Origin: Aulosira sp. ZfuVER01
Lineage (GTDB): Bacteria; Cyanobacteriota; Cyanobacteriia; Cyanobacteriales; Nostocaceae
Length of the DNA: 64,000 bases
Assembly: GCA_034530615.2 (NCBI GenBank)
Contig: JAVRCV020000049.1
Location: forward strand, 64,001 to 128,000
Reading direction: 5' to 3'
Shown here: in pieces, positions 63,774-64,000 of the stretch
How positions within the stretch are numbered: the stretch's first letter is position 1
Layout: the number at the start of each line of letters is the position of its first letter
Notes under the pieces: model-generated
Database searches by the model: none
What the model was told of the DNA's origin: nothing
What the model saw: the letters and a program-made list of their open reading frames with translations, nothing else
Program-made: the position numbers and the translations under genes

Positions 63774-64000
63774 TTAACACATCAGAGGATTATCGATAGT
63801 GACATAAATCGATTCGGTGGCTAAAGCGCTAAGTATTTCATCAACGCCATGAAAGCGGGAGATAAGATTTGCTTTGCAACGCAATTGCGGTTGACGCAAC
63901 TGATGCAGAATTTGAGAGCCGCCTTGGTTTATATCTGCATATTTGTCTAAAGCACTTCTGACTTCTGCTAAAAGTATGCGCTCATCCACCAATCCCCCTA
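63774..64000 (-). CDS. C-terminus of a probable IucA/IucC-family (NIS) siderophore synthetase; 5' part lies beyond the window
   Basis: The frame is open to the window edge. LRCKANLISRFHGVDEIL...TESIYVTIDNPL resembles NIS synthetase C-termini (from recall). Confidence 0.55.
   Translation of the reverse strand, partial: GGLVDERILLAEVRSALDKYADINQGGSQILHQLRQPQLRCKANLISRFHGVDEILSALATESIYVTIDNPLMC

Overview
AT-rich chromosomal window from a filamentous cyanobacterium, most likely Nostocales (frequent HIP1 octamers GCGATCGC, heptamer tandem repeats, multidomain Ser/Thr-His kinases). Most genes are ordinary housekeeping or signalling genes: U32 family, Ser/Thr-AAA-GAF-His kinase, LysR, cobT-like, Crp, ABC permeases, oxoprolinase B, protealysin plus emfourin, putA, katG, pyrC-like, glgB, ftsI. 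I found no rRNA, tRNA or CRISPR array. The notable signals are: (1) a duplicated kinase/FGE-sulfatase pair whose second copy ends in a segment with the codon signature of a diversity-generating retroelement (DGR) variable region, with no RT or template repeat in the window; (2) one octamer-based hairpin element inserted in frame into three unrelated enzymes (cobT, putA, pyrC-like); (3) MITEs with 17-bp TIRs and 9-bp target duplications that land in the centre of a GGGCAC-N9-GTGCCCCTAC palindrome, carry nested elements, and match a transposase remnant in the window; (4) HIP1-splitting micro-insertions, one inside a kinase; (5) two 21-bp-period arrays; (6) a heme-oxygenase-like diiron enzyme plus NPPY methyltransferase pair abutting a probable NIS siderophore synthetase; (7) a tandem-NIL protein upstream of an SBP56/methanethiol oxidase gene. 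Product calls come from motif recognition only; no database searches were run.
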